A stretch of 64,000 nucleotides of DNA from Eledone cirrhosa. Its lineage: Eukaryota. The notes beneath the pieces were generated by a model, which was not told the origin of the DNA, made no database searches, and saw only the letters and a list, made by a program, of their open reading frames with translations. The translations under genes were made by a program, and so were the position numbers. The DNA lies in assembly GCA_964016885.1 (NCBI GenBank), contig OZ024740.1, positions 129,642,001-129,706,000 on the forward strand. Direction: 5' to 3'. Of the stretch, positions 43,354-55,632 are shown piece by piece (the stretch's first letter is position 1; every line of letters starts with the position of its first letter).

Positions 43354-44314
43354 TTAACATATAATTTATATGCTACTACCGATGTAATACTTTATTTTAT
43401 TTTTATTTGGGTTTCTTTTCCCTATTACTAAATTCATCTCCTAATATTGATACCATAACGTTATTAACTTTAATTTAGTTATACTGTAATTAATAATCTA
43501 CTACTGTTTGACTTCAAAATTCTGCTTCAAATATTATAAACCTAACTAATTTACACCTTATAAATCAATATGTTGACTATCTTTGGTTTAGTTAACATAT
43601 GATTAATGGTATACTTATTTATTTTGCGATGCATAGATTTCGTATTTCCTAGCACTGAAAATATGTAAGAACATACATTGAATTAAGATACGGAAAATAT
43701 TATATGTTTCTTGAAACATATATTTACTTTGCTCCCCTTCTCCAAACCCCCCCTTTCCCCCATACTATTATCATCTGTATTTGTAAGCGTCTATGTATGA
43801 ATATATATGTAGGTAGGTGACTATATAGGTTTGGGTATTTATATCTAAATATAAAAATACATATATGAGCATGCAAATATGAATGTAAGATTGTGTGTGT
43901 ATATATGATTGTACATACATATGTATGTATATATATGTATATATATGCATTATATATGTGTGTGTATGTGAATGTGTTATATGTATATGTGTATGTATGT
44001 GTATATATGTGTATGTATGTGTATGCTTGTTTATATATGAATATATATATGTGTATATATGTATGTATATGTATATGCGTGTATGTATGTATGTGTATGT
44101 GTGTTGTGTATATATATGTATGTCTCTCTATTTATATGTTTATCTTCGTATCTATGTGATATATGTGTGTGTGTGTGCACGTATGCATATGTATGTGTTT
44201 GTGTGTGTTTGTATGTGTGTGTGTATATATGTGTATGTGCGCACACACACATACACATATATATATATATATATATGTGAGTGTGTATGTGTGTCTGTGT
44301 GTGTGTGTGTGTGT

Positions 44315-44397
<83 letters not shown>

Positions 44398-44478
44398 TGT
44401 CTATGTGTGAATATATGTCTTTATTCGTATGTGTGTATTTATGTATGTATATATTTATGTGTATGTATGTATGTGTAT

Positions 44479-44510
<32 letters not shown>

Positions 44511-44806
44511 GTATATGTATATATGTATATGTATATTATTCTTTATTATTATAATATAACTTATGTGTATATGTGTATAAGTGAGGTTGTGTATGTATAT
44601 ATAATATGTGTATATATAAGAGTAATAAAATATATATATATATATATATGTGCATGTCTGTTTTTTATGTGTGTGTATATATATATATATATGTATATAT
44701 ATGTATATATATGTACGTGTGTGTATATGGATATATTTATATATATATATATACATGTGGGTGTTTGTATGTGTTTTTATGGTGGTATGTGTGTGTGGAT
44801 ATATAT

Positions 44807-44843
<37 letters not shown>

Positions 44844-44849
44844 AGTCTA

Positions 44850-44900
<51 letters not shown>

Positions 44901-45244
44901 ATATATGTGTGTGTATGTATATATATATATGTGTATGTATGTGTGTATATATATATATATCTCTATTAATGCGTGTGTGTATGTATATACATATGCCTTT
45001 TTATTATTATTTTTTATTATTATCTTTATTTGTATGTCTGAGTTTGGTGAGGTTGTATTGTTTTTTATGTATATACACATTTATGGAAGCGTATGTATTT
45101 ATATATATGAGTATAAGTAGGTGCATATGTATGTATGATTATATATCTAATTCTATGTATGAAGGTACATCTATATATATATATATATATATATACGTGT
45201 GTATGTAAGTTGTGTGTGTATGTATCTATATGTCTATGTGAGTG

Positions 45245-45281
<37 letters not shown>

Positions 45282-46260
45282 GTATATCGATGTGCGTATA
45301 TGTATGTACATGTATGTACATGTATGTGTGTATGTATGTGTATGTATATTTAGATGTATGTGTATGTATGTGTGTATATATATGTATATATATATATATA
45401 TATATGTGTATATATATATATATATGTGTGTGTGTATATATATGTGTATGGATATATATCTTTATTATCTATTTTTTTTTATATATATGTGTATGTGTGT
45501 ATGTGTTGCGCGTGTGTGTGTGTGTATATATATATCTTTTTATATGTGTATGTGTATGTTCGTGTAAGTGTATGTGTGTGTATGACTGTATATGTATGTG
45601 TGTATGTGTGTATGCGTAAATATCTCTATGTGTGCGTACATGTATGTATGTGTGTTTATATATCTGTATGTGTATATATATTATATTATAGTTATTATAT
45701 TTTATTGTTTTATTTTTTTATTTTTCTTAATTTATAGATACATTTATATTAGGCAGTCTGCTCAGACAATTGAATACTGACCCCTCCCCCCCCTCCCACC
45801 TAATTTCTGTATCTTGATCTTGAAATGTGTGTGCCAGTGTTTTATGTGAGTGATTTAATTTCTATGTGCTTATGATTTTATATCCACATATATAAAAGTG
45901 AGTGGGGGAGTGTGTGTGTTTGTATGTTCGTGGTTATGTGTATATTTATGCATATACGCGCATGTATGTGTGATTATACTGATATGTGTGAGTATGAAAA
46001 AATATATTTATATGCTTGACTCCATAAGTATCAATGCGCATCTTATCAGCGCATTAAGCTTACAGAGATATTAACCTTGAAATTTTGTGTTTGCATCCAT
46101 CTTTTTAGTATGCGTATACAAATTATACACACATTTTTGTAAAATATGTGTAAGGATTTTACATGTATATACACACACCGAACTGCTTTTAACCCTTTGT
46201 GTTTTCATTGGTCAATTTTGAACTGATATTTTGAATTGTTGTTATTATCAATAAATATAC

Positions 46261-46415
46261 TTCATTATTTCTGAAGACGGCGTATATATGTGTTAGGTAT
46301 GTATATTTAATCTTGATAATTTGTATAATTTTGTATAATTTTGTACATAGATCTGTTGAATATGCATACCAATTATAACACATATATACCCTAGAAACGA
46401 TCGTTAAATAATGAA
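46261..46415 (+). ncRNA. Type I hammerhead with ~115-nt stem II in the upstream pLTR
   Basis: UUCAUUAUUU CUGAAGA [GUAUAUAUGUGUUA..GGUAUGUAUAUU...AAUAUGCAUACC..UAACACAUAUAUAC] GAAA C GAUC G U U AAAUAAUGAA: perfect 10-bp stem I. Confidence 0.8.
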
Positions 46416-46758
46416 CTTTTTTTGTTTAATATAAGGAATTGTTTATTCATTATTTGTTTAATATTTTATCTTGACTCTGTATACCGTTTATCTTTCACCG
46501 AAAGTGGATTTTCATTACATCTCTTCTTTCCATGATATCCGGAATACATTGAGTTCTTCATACGGATTGGACACTACCGTAAACTCTTGGTAGATTTATC
46601 TACATAATTTTGCTCCTATTTTCACGGAAATATTCGTATTTTTGTACTGTATGTGTGTATTAATTTTATATTTATGTATAAACATATATATATGTATGAT
46701 TTTGTAAACCCATATACATTTAGTTGAGCTCTTTCAATTGTCCATCATCCATATCACA

Positions 46759-49200
46759 ATGGAAAAACAATATTTAGGAACCTCCTTAAAAAACATACCA
46801 ATACCTTCTAAGGACGACTTCTTACTCCTTATGATTCAGAAAACTAATAATTTTATCAGAAGGGTTAGATGGAGAGCCTACCACTTCGATAGGAAATCTA
46901 AACAAGCAGATCGGAAATATATGTATGATTTCAATACTTACAAGAATCCACCACACAACTTTTTACTTGAAGACTTCGAGAAAGACCTTTTTAATTTAAT
47001 TAAACACCTCAAATTTAAAAAGTATAAATCCGTCTTTCAAAAGGACCTTGATTCTACCCTATTGGACCTAAAAAAGTCTAAAAAAATCCATGTCCACTCG
47101 GACAAAACTGGTAACTTGTATCATATGGATATTGAACATTATAATGAGTTCATATATAAAGAACTCAGAAAAAATTATAAAAAATCTAATAATGTGTCAC
47201 TCACCAACATCAACAACAAAACACACAACATAGTAAAAAAACTAAACATTGAAGATAGAACTGAACCTTTGGCATTGAAAAGACCACACTTCAACCTGAA
47301 AGATCACAAATCTAACTTTAACTCTAATCCTTCTATTAGACTTATATGTCCCTCCAAATCAGATATTGGAATAATTAGCAAAAAAATTTTAGATAGAGTC
47401 ATCCCACAAATAAGAAAACACGTTATTTTACCACTCTGGGAAAACACCTCCCAGGTAATTAACTGGTTTAAAAATATTAGGTGTAAATCTTCTGCTTCTT
47501 TCCTACAATTTGATATAGATAATTACTATTCTTCTATATCACCTATACTCCTGAACAAAGCATTAATATTTGCTAAAAATAGATCTAATTTAACTTCGGA
47601 TGACATTAACATTATTACACATGCTAGACTAACACTTATTGAATTTCAGAATGAATACTGGACCAGAAACACATACAGTAATCTTTTTGATATTACTATG
47701 GGTTCAAGCGATTCCGCCCAAATTACTGATCTTGTGGGCCTCTTTCTCCTTTTCAACATAAATGCCTCTTTTCCCCACCTCAAAGGTGGTTTATATCGTG
47801 ATGACTGTCTTCTTCTTTCTAACAACCTTAGCCTTTCAGAAATCGAAAAAAACAAAAAACATATTAGAACTTTCCTTAAAGACTATTATAATCTTAATAT
47901 TACTTTTGAAAAAACAAGTAAAGTAGTAAATTTCCTAGATATAACTTTAGATTTAGCTACGGGTATATACCAACCTTACCATAAACCTAACCAAAACTTA
48001 CATTACATACACTCACAATCTAATCACCCTAAATCTATCCTTAAAAACCTTGCATATAATATATCACTTAGAATTTCTAACCTTTCTTCTAACCAAGATG
48101 TATTTGATAAAAATGCGACCTTTTATAATGAAGCTCTAGATAGAAGTGGCCACAAAAATAGATTAGAGTATATACCTTCTACTAAAAATACTGAAAGCAT
48201 ACAGCATAATATTACCAACAAACACCAAATGAAAAGTACACACCTAAATGCCACCCACAATATACCCCAAAATACTAAATCTTCTAATATAAAGTATAGT
48301 AACCCTCAAAAAACTACTCATCATACAACTATAATAAATATTAATAATAAAACTCCTAATAAAAAAGATAAAACACCTAAATCTACAAATATAACTAAAA
48401 ATAGTTGTGGTGAGATCATTAACATTAATCCTCCTAGTAAAAATCATGATACAACCTATAAAAATAATAAAAATAATAAACAACATAGAAACCGTAATAG
48501 ACGAGTTACTTGGTATAATGCTCCTTTTAATTTACAAGTTAAGGATAATATTGCTAAAAAATGTTTTTATATCCTTGAGAAAAACTTCCCGCCAAACCAC
48601 AAATACCATCAAATCTTAAATAGGTCTACAGTTAAATTCTCATACTCTACAACAAATAACATAAAACAAAATATAAGTGCATATAATGCATATAAATGTA
48701 AGAAAACCATAAGTATACCACCAGTACATCAAATTAACAATAATATCTCCTCAAATACAGAATTAACGAAAAGATGTAACTGTAGAAACAAAACAAACTG
48801 CCCATTAAAAGGGAATTGTCTTGTTAACAACATAGTCTATAAATGTAATGTTAAAACTAAAGATTCTATTTGCTCATATATAGGAGCTACCTCTAACAAT
48901 TTTAAGACAAGGTTTAATACCCACAAGCATAGTTTTAAAAATGCCGCACTGGCTAATACAACATCTCTAGCAGAAAAAATCAATAGTTATAAAAATAAGA
49001 ATATAAAATATGATTTGACCTGGAGTGTGCTCAAAAGAGCCACCCCTTATCAAAATAATAGAAAGGAATGTAGATTATGTTCCCAAGAACTATTTGAAAT
49101 AATGAGGTCTAAGGATATCTTATTAAATAAACGACAGGAATTAATTATATCGTGTAATCATAAACTAAAAAAAACATTTAAATATTATAAACCTAATTAA
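46759..49200 (+). CDS. Intact PLE polyprotein: reverse transcriptase + GIY-YIG endonuclease (GLYRDD group, probably Nematis-like)
   Basis: SLKNIPIP, SDKTGN, FDIDNYYSSI, ITMGS, GLYRDD (YRDD at 47794-47805), FLDITL, CNC..CPL..C, NIVY..YIGAT, RFNTH, CRLCSQE. First ATG at 46759; the track starts at TTG 46738. Clade name is from memory. Confidence 0.93.
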   Translation: MEKQYLGTSLKNIPIPSKDDFLLLMIQKTNNFIRRVRWRAYHFDRKSKQADRKYMYDFNTYKNPPHNFLLEDFEKDLFNLIKHLKFKKYKSVFQKDLDSTLLDLKKSKKIHVHSDKTGNLYHMDIEHYNEFIYKELRKNYKKSNNVSLTNINNKTHNIVKKLNIEDRTEPLALKRPHFNLKDHKSNFNSNPSIRLICPSKSDIGIISKKILDRVIPQIRKHVILPLWENTSQVINWFKNIRCKSSASFLQFDIDNYYSSISPILLNKALIFAKNRSNLTSDDINIITHARLTLIEFQNEYWTRNTYSNLFDITMGSSDSAQITDLVGLFLLFNINASFPHLKGGLYRDDCLLLSNNLSLSEIEKNKKHIRTFLKDYYNLNITFEKTSKVVNFLDITLDLATGIYQPYHKPNQNLHYIHSQSNHPKSILKNLAYNISLRISNLSSNQDVFDKNATFYNEALDRSGHKNRLEYIPSTKNTESIQHNITNKHQMKSTHLNATHNIPQNTKSSNIKYSNPQKTTHHTTIININNKTPNKKDKTPKSTNITKNSCGEIININPPSKNHDTTYKNNKNNKQHRNRNRRVTWYNAPFNLQVKDNIAKKCFYILEKNFPPNHKYHQILNRSTVKFSYSTTNNIKQNISAYNAYKCKKTISIPPVHQINNNISSNTELTKRCNCRNKTNCPLKGNCLVNNIVYKCNVKTKDSICSYIGATSNNFKTRFNTHKHSFKNAALANTTSLAEKINSYKNKNIKYDLTWSVLKRATPYQNNRKECRLCSQELFEIMRSKDILLNKRQELIISCNHKLKKTFKYYKPN

Positions 49201-49729
49201 TAACATTATTCTAGAAATTAATTTAATTTAAATGTTAGTTAACCTATAAATTTAATTTAATTAATATTTTATTACAGATGAGAAAATATTATGTAATCAT
49301 ATATTGTGAAAAACCTTTAAATATTACTAATATATACTTAGTAATTTAATTTATAGATTAATTTTAATTTATTTAAACCTTTTATTATAATTCTTTTACA
49401 GATAAAATATAGCAAAATAATATCATGTTTCCAATGACGGAGAAATAATTTTTAGTATTATAGACATAATTAATATACATTTTGGAAATATATTTATTAT
49501 TTGGTTTTAGTTTTAATCAACCTATAAATTTTAATTTTAATTTGCTTAAAATTAGTATCCTTATACAGACGAATTGCAGAATGTCATGTAATCATAGAAT
49601 GGGATGTGTTTTGGATATATACCTAGTTAATATATTCTGTGCAATTTTTTGAAAAAGATATGTATATGTATATGTGTATGTATATGTGTGTGTTGTGTAT
49701 GTGTATCTGTATGTATGTATATATGTGTA

Positions 49730-49778
<49 letters not shown>

Positions 49779-50500
49779 ATATGTATGTATATGTGTATGT
49801 GTACGTATATGTATATGTATGCGTATTAATTTTGATTTCTATTTGCATATAATTATATTATGCTATTGATGAAATACAATATCTGCTTTATGTATTGTAT
49901 ACCTAATTAACATATACTAGTTAACGTATACTATTGAAATAAATATATAATTTTTAATTTAGTTAACATATAATTTATATGCTACTACCGATGTAATACT
50001 TTATTTTATTTTTATTTGGGTTTCTTTTCCCTATTACTAAATTCATCTCCTAATATTGATACCATAACGTTATTAACTTTAATTTAGTTATACTGTAATT
50101 AATAATCTACTACTGTTTGACTTCAAAATTCTGCTTCAAATATTATAAACCTAACTAATTTACACCTTATAAATCAATATGTTGACTATCTTTGGTTTAG
50201 TTAACATATGATTAATGGTATACTTATTTATTTTGAGATGCATAGATTTCGTATTTCCTAGCACTGAAAATATGTAAGAACATACATTGAATTAAGATAC
50301 GGAAAATATTATATGTTTCTTGAAACATATATTTACTTTGATCCCCTTCTCCAAACCCCCCCTTTCCCCCATACTATTATCATCTGTATTTGTAAGCGTC
50401 TATGTATGAATATATATGTAGGTAGGTGTCTATATAGGTTTGGGTATTTATATCTAAATATAAAAATACATATATGAGCATGCAAATATGAATGTAAGAT

Positions 50501-50923
50501 TGTGTGTGTATATATGATTGTACATACATATGTATGTATATATATGTATATATATGCATTATATATGTGTGTGTATGTGAATGTGTTATATGTATATGTG
50601 TATGTATGTGTATATATGTGTATGTATGTGTATGCTTGTATATATATGAATATATATATGTGTATATATGTATGTATATGTATATGCGTGTATGTATGTA
50701 TGTGTATGTGTGTTGTGTATATATATGTATGTCTCTCTATTTATATGTTTATCTTCGTATCTATGTGATATATGTGTGTGTGTGTGCACGTATGCATATG
50801 TATGTGTTTGTGTGTGTTTGTATGTGTGTGTGTATATATGTGTATGTGCGCACACACACATACACATATATATATATATATATATGTGAGTGTGTATGTG
50901 TGTCTGTGTGTGTGTGTGTGTGT

Positions 50924-50974
<51 letters not shown>

Positions 50975-51083
50975 GATATATATATATATATATATATATA
51001 GGTGTCTATGTGTGAATATATGTCTTTATTCGTATGTGTGTATTTATGTATGTATATATTTATGTGTATGTATGTATGTGTAT

Positions 51084-51115
<32 letters not shown>

Positions 51116-51411
51116 GTATATGTATATATGTATATGTATATTATTCTTTATTATTATAATATAACTTATGTGTATATGTGTATAAGTGAGGTTGTGTATG
51201 TATATATAATATGTGTATATATAAGAGTAATAAAATATATATATATATATATATGTGCATGTCTGTTTTTTATGTGTGTGTATATATATATATATATGTA
51301 TATATATGTATATATATGTACGTGTGTGTATATGGATATATTTATATATATATATATACATGTGGGTGTTTGTATGTGTTTTTATGGTGGTATGTGTGTC
51401 TGGATATATAT

Positions 51412-51448
<37 letters not shown>

Positions 51449-51454
51449 AGTCTA

Positions 51455-51505
<51 letters not shown>

Positions 51506-51852
51506 ATATATGTGTGTGTATGTATATATATATATGTGTATGTATGTGTGTATATATATATATATCTCTATTAATGCGTGTGTGTATGTATATACATATG
51601 CCTTTTTATTATTATTATTTTTTATTATTATCTTTATTTGTATGTCTGAGTTTGGTGAGGTTGTATTGTTTTTTATGTATATACACATTTATGGAAGCGT
51701 ATGTATTTATATATATGAGTATAAGTAGGTGCATATGTATGTATGATTATATATCTAATTCTATGTATGAAGGTACATCTATATATATATATATATATAT
51801 ATACGTGTGTATGTAAGTTGTGTGTGTATGTATCTATATGTCTATGTGAGTG

Positions 51853-51889
<37 letters not shown>

Positions 51890-52290
51890 GTATATCGATG
51901 TGCGTATATGTATGTACATGTATGTACATGTATGTGTGTATGTATGTGTATGTATATTTAGATGTATGTGTATGTATGTGTGTATATATATGTATATATA
52001 TATATATATATATGTGTATATATATATATATATGTGTGTGTGTATATATATGTGTATGGATATATATCTTTATTATCTATTTTTTTTTATATATATGTGT
52101 ATGTGTGTATGTGTTGCGCGTGTGTGTGTGTGTATATATATATCTTTTTATATGTGTATGTGTATGTTCGTGTAAGTGTATGTGTGTGTATGACTGTATA
52201 TGTATGTGTGTATGTGTGTATGCGTAAATATCTCTATGTGTGCGTACATGTATGTATGTGTGTTTATATATCTGTATGTGTATATATATT
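50501..52290. repeat. Compound degenerate (TA)/(TG)/(TATG) microsatellite inside the PLE 3' UTR (also at 43892-45680 and 39050-40839)
   Basis: The same interruption pattern appears in all three copies. Confidence 0.95.
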
Positions 52291-52868
52291 ATATTATAGT
52301 TATTATATTTTATTGTTTTATTTTTTTATTTTTCTTAATTTATAGATACATTTATATTAGGCAGTCTGCTCAGACAATTGAATACTGACCCCTCCCCCCC
52401 CTCCCACCTAATTTCTGTATCTTGATCTTGAAATGTGTGTGCCAGTGTTTTATGTGAGTGATTTAATTTCTATGTGCTTATGATTTTATATCCACATATA
52501 TAAAAGTGAGTGGGGGAGTGTGTGTGTTTGTATGTTCGTGGTTATGTGTATATTTATGCATATACGCGCATGTATGTGTGATTATACTGATATGTGTGAG
52601 TATGAAAAAATATATTTATATGCTTGACTCCATAAGTATCAATGCGCATCTTATCAGCGCATTAAGCTTACAGAGATATTAACCTTGAAATTGTGTGTTT
52701 GCATCCATCTTTTTAGTATGCGTATACAAATTATACACACATTTTTGTAAAATATGTGTAAGGATTTTACATGTATATACACACACCGAACTGCTTTTAA
52801 CCCTTTGTGTTTTCATTGGTCAATTTTGAACTGATATTTTGAATTGTTGTTATTATCAATAAATATAC

Positions 52869-53023
52869 TTCATTATTTCTGAAGACGGCGTATATATGTG
52901 TTAGGTATGTATATTTAATCTTGATAATTTGTATAATTTTGTATAATTTTGTACATAGATCTGTTGAATATGCATACCAATTATAACACATATATACCCT
53001 AGAAACGATCGTTAAATAATGAA
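52869..53023 (+). ncRNA. Type I hammerhead in the downstream pLTR
   Basis: Copy of 46261-46415. Confidence 0.8.
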
Positions 53024-53208
53024 CTTTTTTTGTTTAATATAAGGAATTGTTTATTCATTATTTGTTTAATATTTTATCTTGACTCTGTATACCGTTTATC
53101 TTTCACCGAAAGTGGATTTTCATTACATCTCTTCTTTCCATGATATCCGGAATACATTGAGTTCTTCATACGGATTGGACACTACCGTAAACTCTTGGTA
53201 GATTTATC

Positions 53209-53269
<61 letters not shown>

Positions 53270-53505
53270 GTGTGTATAAATATATATATATATGTGTGCG
53301 TACATACGTATTTGTGTGCGTTTGATGTTCACGTAGTGATAAACATTTGAAAGTTTGTGCAGATATTAATGAATCCTTAAAAATCCTAACATAGCTGGTA
53401 ATGACAATGTTTGTTTAAACTCATTTATCTTATCGGATTCAGCATGTCACAATATGTGCTAATTCACACACACATACACACATACACACATGCACACACA
53501 CACAT

Positions 53506-53547
<42 letters not shown>

Positions 53548-55632
53548 TCACATACACCAAAAAAATATCTATCTATCTATCTATAAATATATATATATAA
53601 ACACATATAGGCTCATACATTCACATTTCGTGTCTGTGAATTGGAATGAAAATATCTTTGAGACAGCTGCATTACAGGAATTTATTCTAAATACCTTAGG
53701 TGACTTAGGTGACTCATAGCTGATAATGTCGCACACGATTCTTACATGAAATTTAGTATCTCTGTAGATCTAACGTATACCGATTTTATAATTCTTTTGA
53801 TTTAAGATCCCACTCCTATCTGTGGTGGGATATCTTTGACATAGCTATGACGGTTTCATATCTGTATCTAACGACCATGTCGTTGAGGAAGGGACTCTAC
53901 CTCCAGGTCGATGCCAGGCCACATGCATACACCCATCCTCCCCATTTAGCTATCAAGTTGGTTAGAATGTAACTTCATAAATTATAGGAGATTGCTTAAT
54001 CTACTTTTGCTGTTGGAGATTGTGTTTTCTGATCTATATGTCTGCTTTAGGTTCTTTCGACAAAACAATTACAAGACAACTGGCGCTCTGGATGTTGGTT
54101 TACCCAGTGTCATGAGTGTGTATCAATTCATTGATTTGTACTTGGCAATATTAAAGCTGAAAATATTTTAGGTTTTGGAGCACATTAAACGTGATCCATT
54201 TCATACACCCTCGTTCCTCCGTGTTATGGAAGACATATTTATTTTGTTAGCGTGCCTCATTGTTAATTCAGCTTGTTATCTTGTCGACTTGGCTACTGCT
54301 GTTGCTGTGTTTGCAATATTTATCTATCCATTAGCATGAGTGTATTGTTTGGGATTCGGTTAATTAGAGTTTGGGTGGGGCAGGATTAGCGATGCATAGT
54401 GTTCCCTGTCTTTCGGTTGGGTATGGGTATTAGAGGTCAATAGACCACTACAACTGAAACAAGAAGAATGACACCATCAGTGATAGCCAAATCCACTCCA
54501 GTGGCGGCAAATTTAACAGCATCATCAACTACTATATCAAATGCAACAACAGTATCAGTGCCAATACTCCCACCTGTGTAGAGGATGACGGTCGGCATTT
54601 GCGACACATTCTGTTTAACTCTAAGTTACAAGTTTGGGTCGATGACAACCAGAGTAAGAAACCAATGACAACATCTACAACAAATATCCAATTCGGGGAA
54701 GCAGACATACAATAAACTTCTCTTTTTCTATAACGCCAAACATAACCGATATTATAGCGGCTATCAATAAGACATCTTTTTATCTGACACAAGGAGTGAA
54801 AATAACGACAATCAATAACAAGAATATTATAGAGCACAAATTGTAGCCATAGCACTAAAGAAAACATCAGACCTCACGGAACAGTAAATACAAGCCCTAT
54901 CCGACAACAGCAATGAACTTTCATACTTACGCCAATATAAAATCATACACCTATTTATGCACGTTAAACGTATTTAATTCCATTTATTATACTGTTAGGG
55001 AATATCTGAAGATGATATATAATACTTTATATTTTATTAAAGTAGGGCTTTGTTTGCTTCTGAAAACCCAGTCGTAAAACATTGCTAATAATCTTATGTC
55101 AAAACTTTATAGTAAAACATTTGTAAGATTTCTCATGCGTCTAAGAATATGTATTGAAACATGTGTTCATTTGTTTAGCTTCGTTATAATACGTAAATTC
55201 AATCAATGCAAGGCGTAGTGGAAAAAATTAAAGGAAGCGTTTACAAGATATAGTTAAGGATTTAGTTCCAAATATAACACAATTATATGAAATATCAAAC
55301 ATATTGTTCTCATATAAACATATGCAACATATAAATCTGAATTTGCTTGTTTCCTTCTTACAGGAATGTTTATCAAAGTATACATCTCCACAGCGACACC
55401 AAATGCATACACACGCACACACACATAGAGACACATATGTATAGATAGATACTATGTATATACCTACATACATATACATATATATATATATATACATATA
55501 TCCAAAATTAAGTTAAATGTTGTCATGTCTGAGAGACATGCGCCATATCCACTGTAGAATAAGCTCAAAGATTCCAATGAATAGATTCGAGCATTTCATA
55601 TCAACTAGAAATAGATTGATATATATATATAT

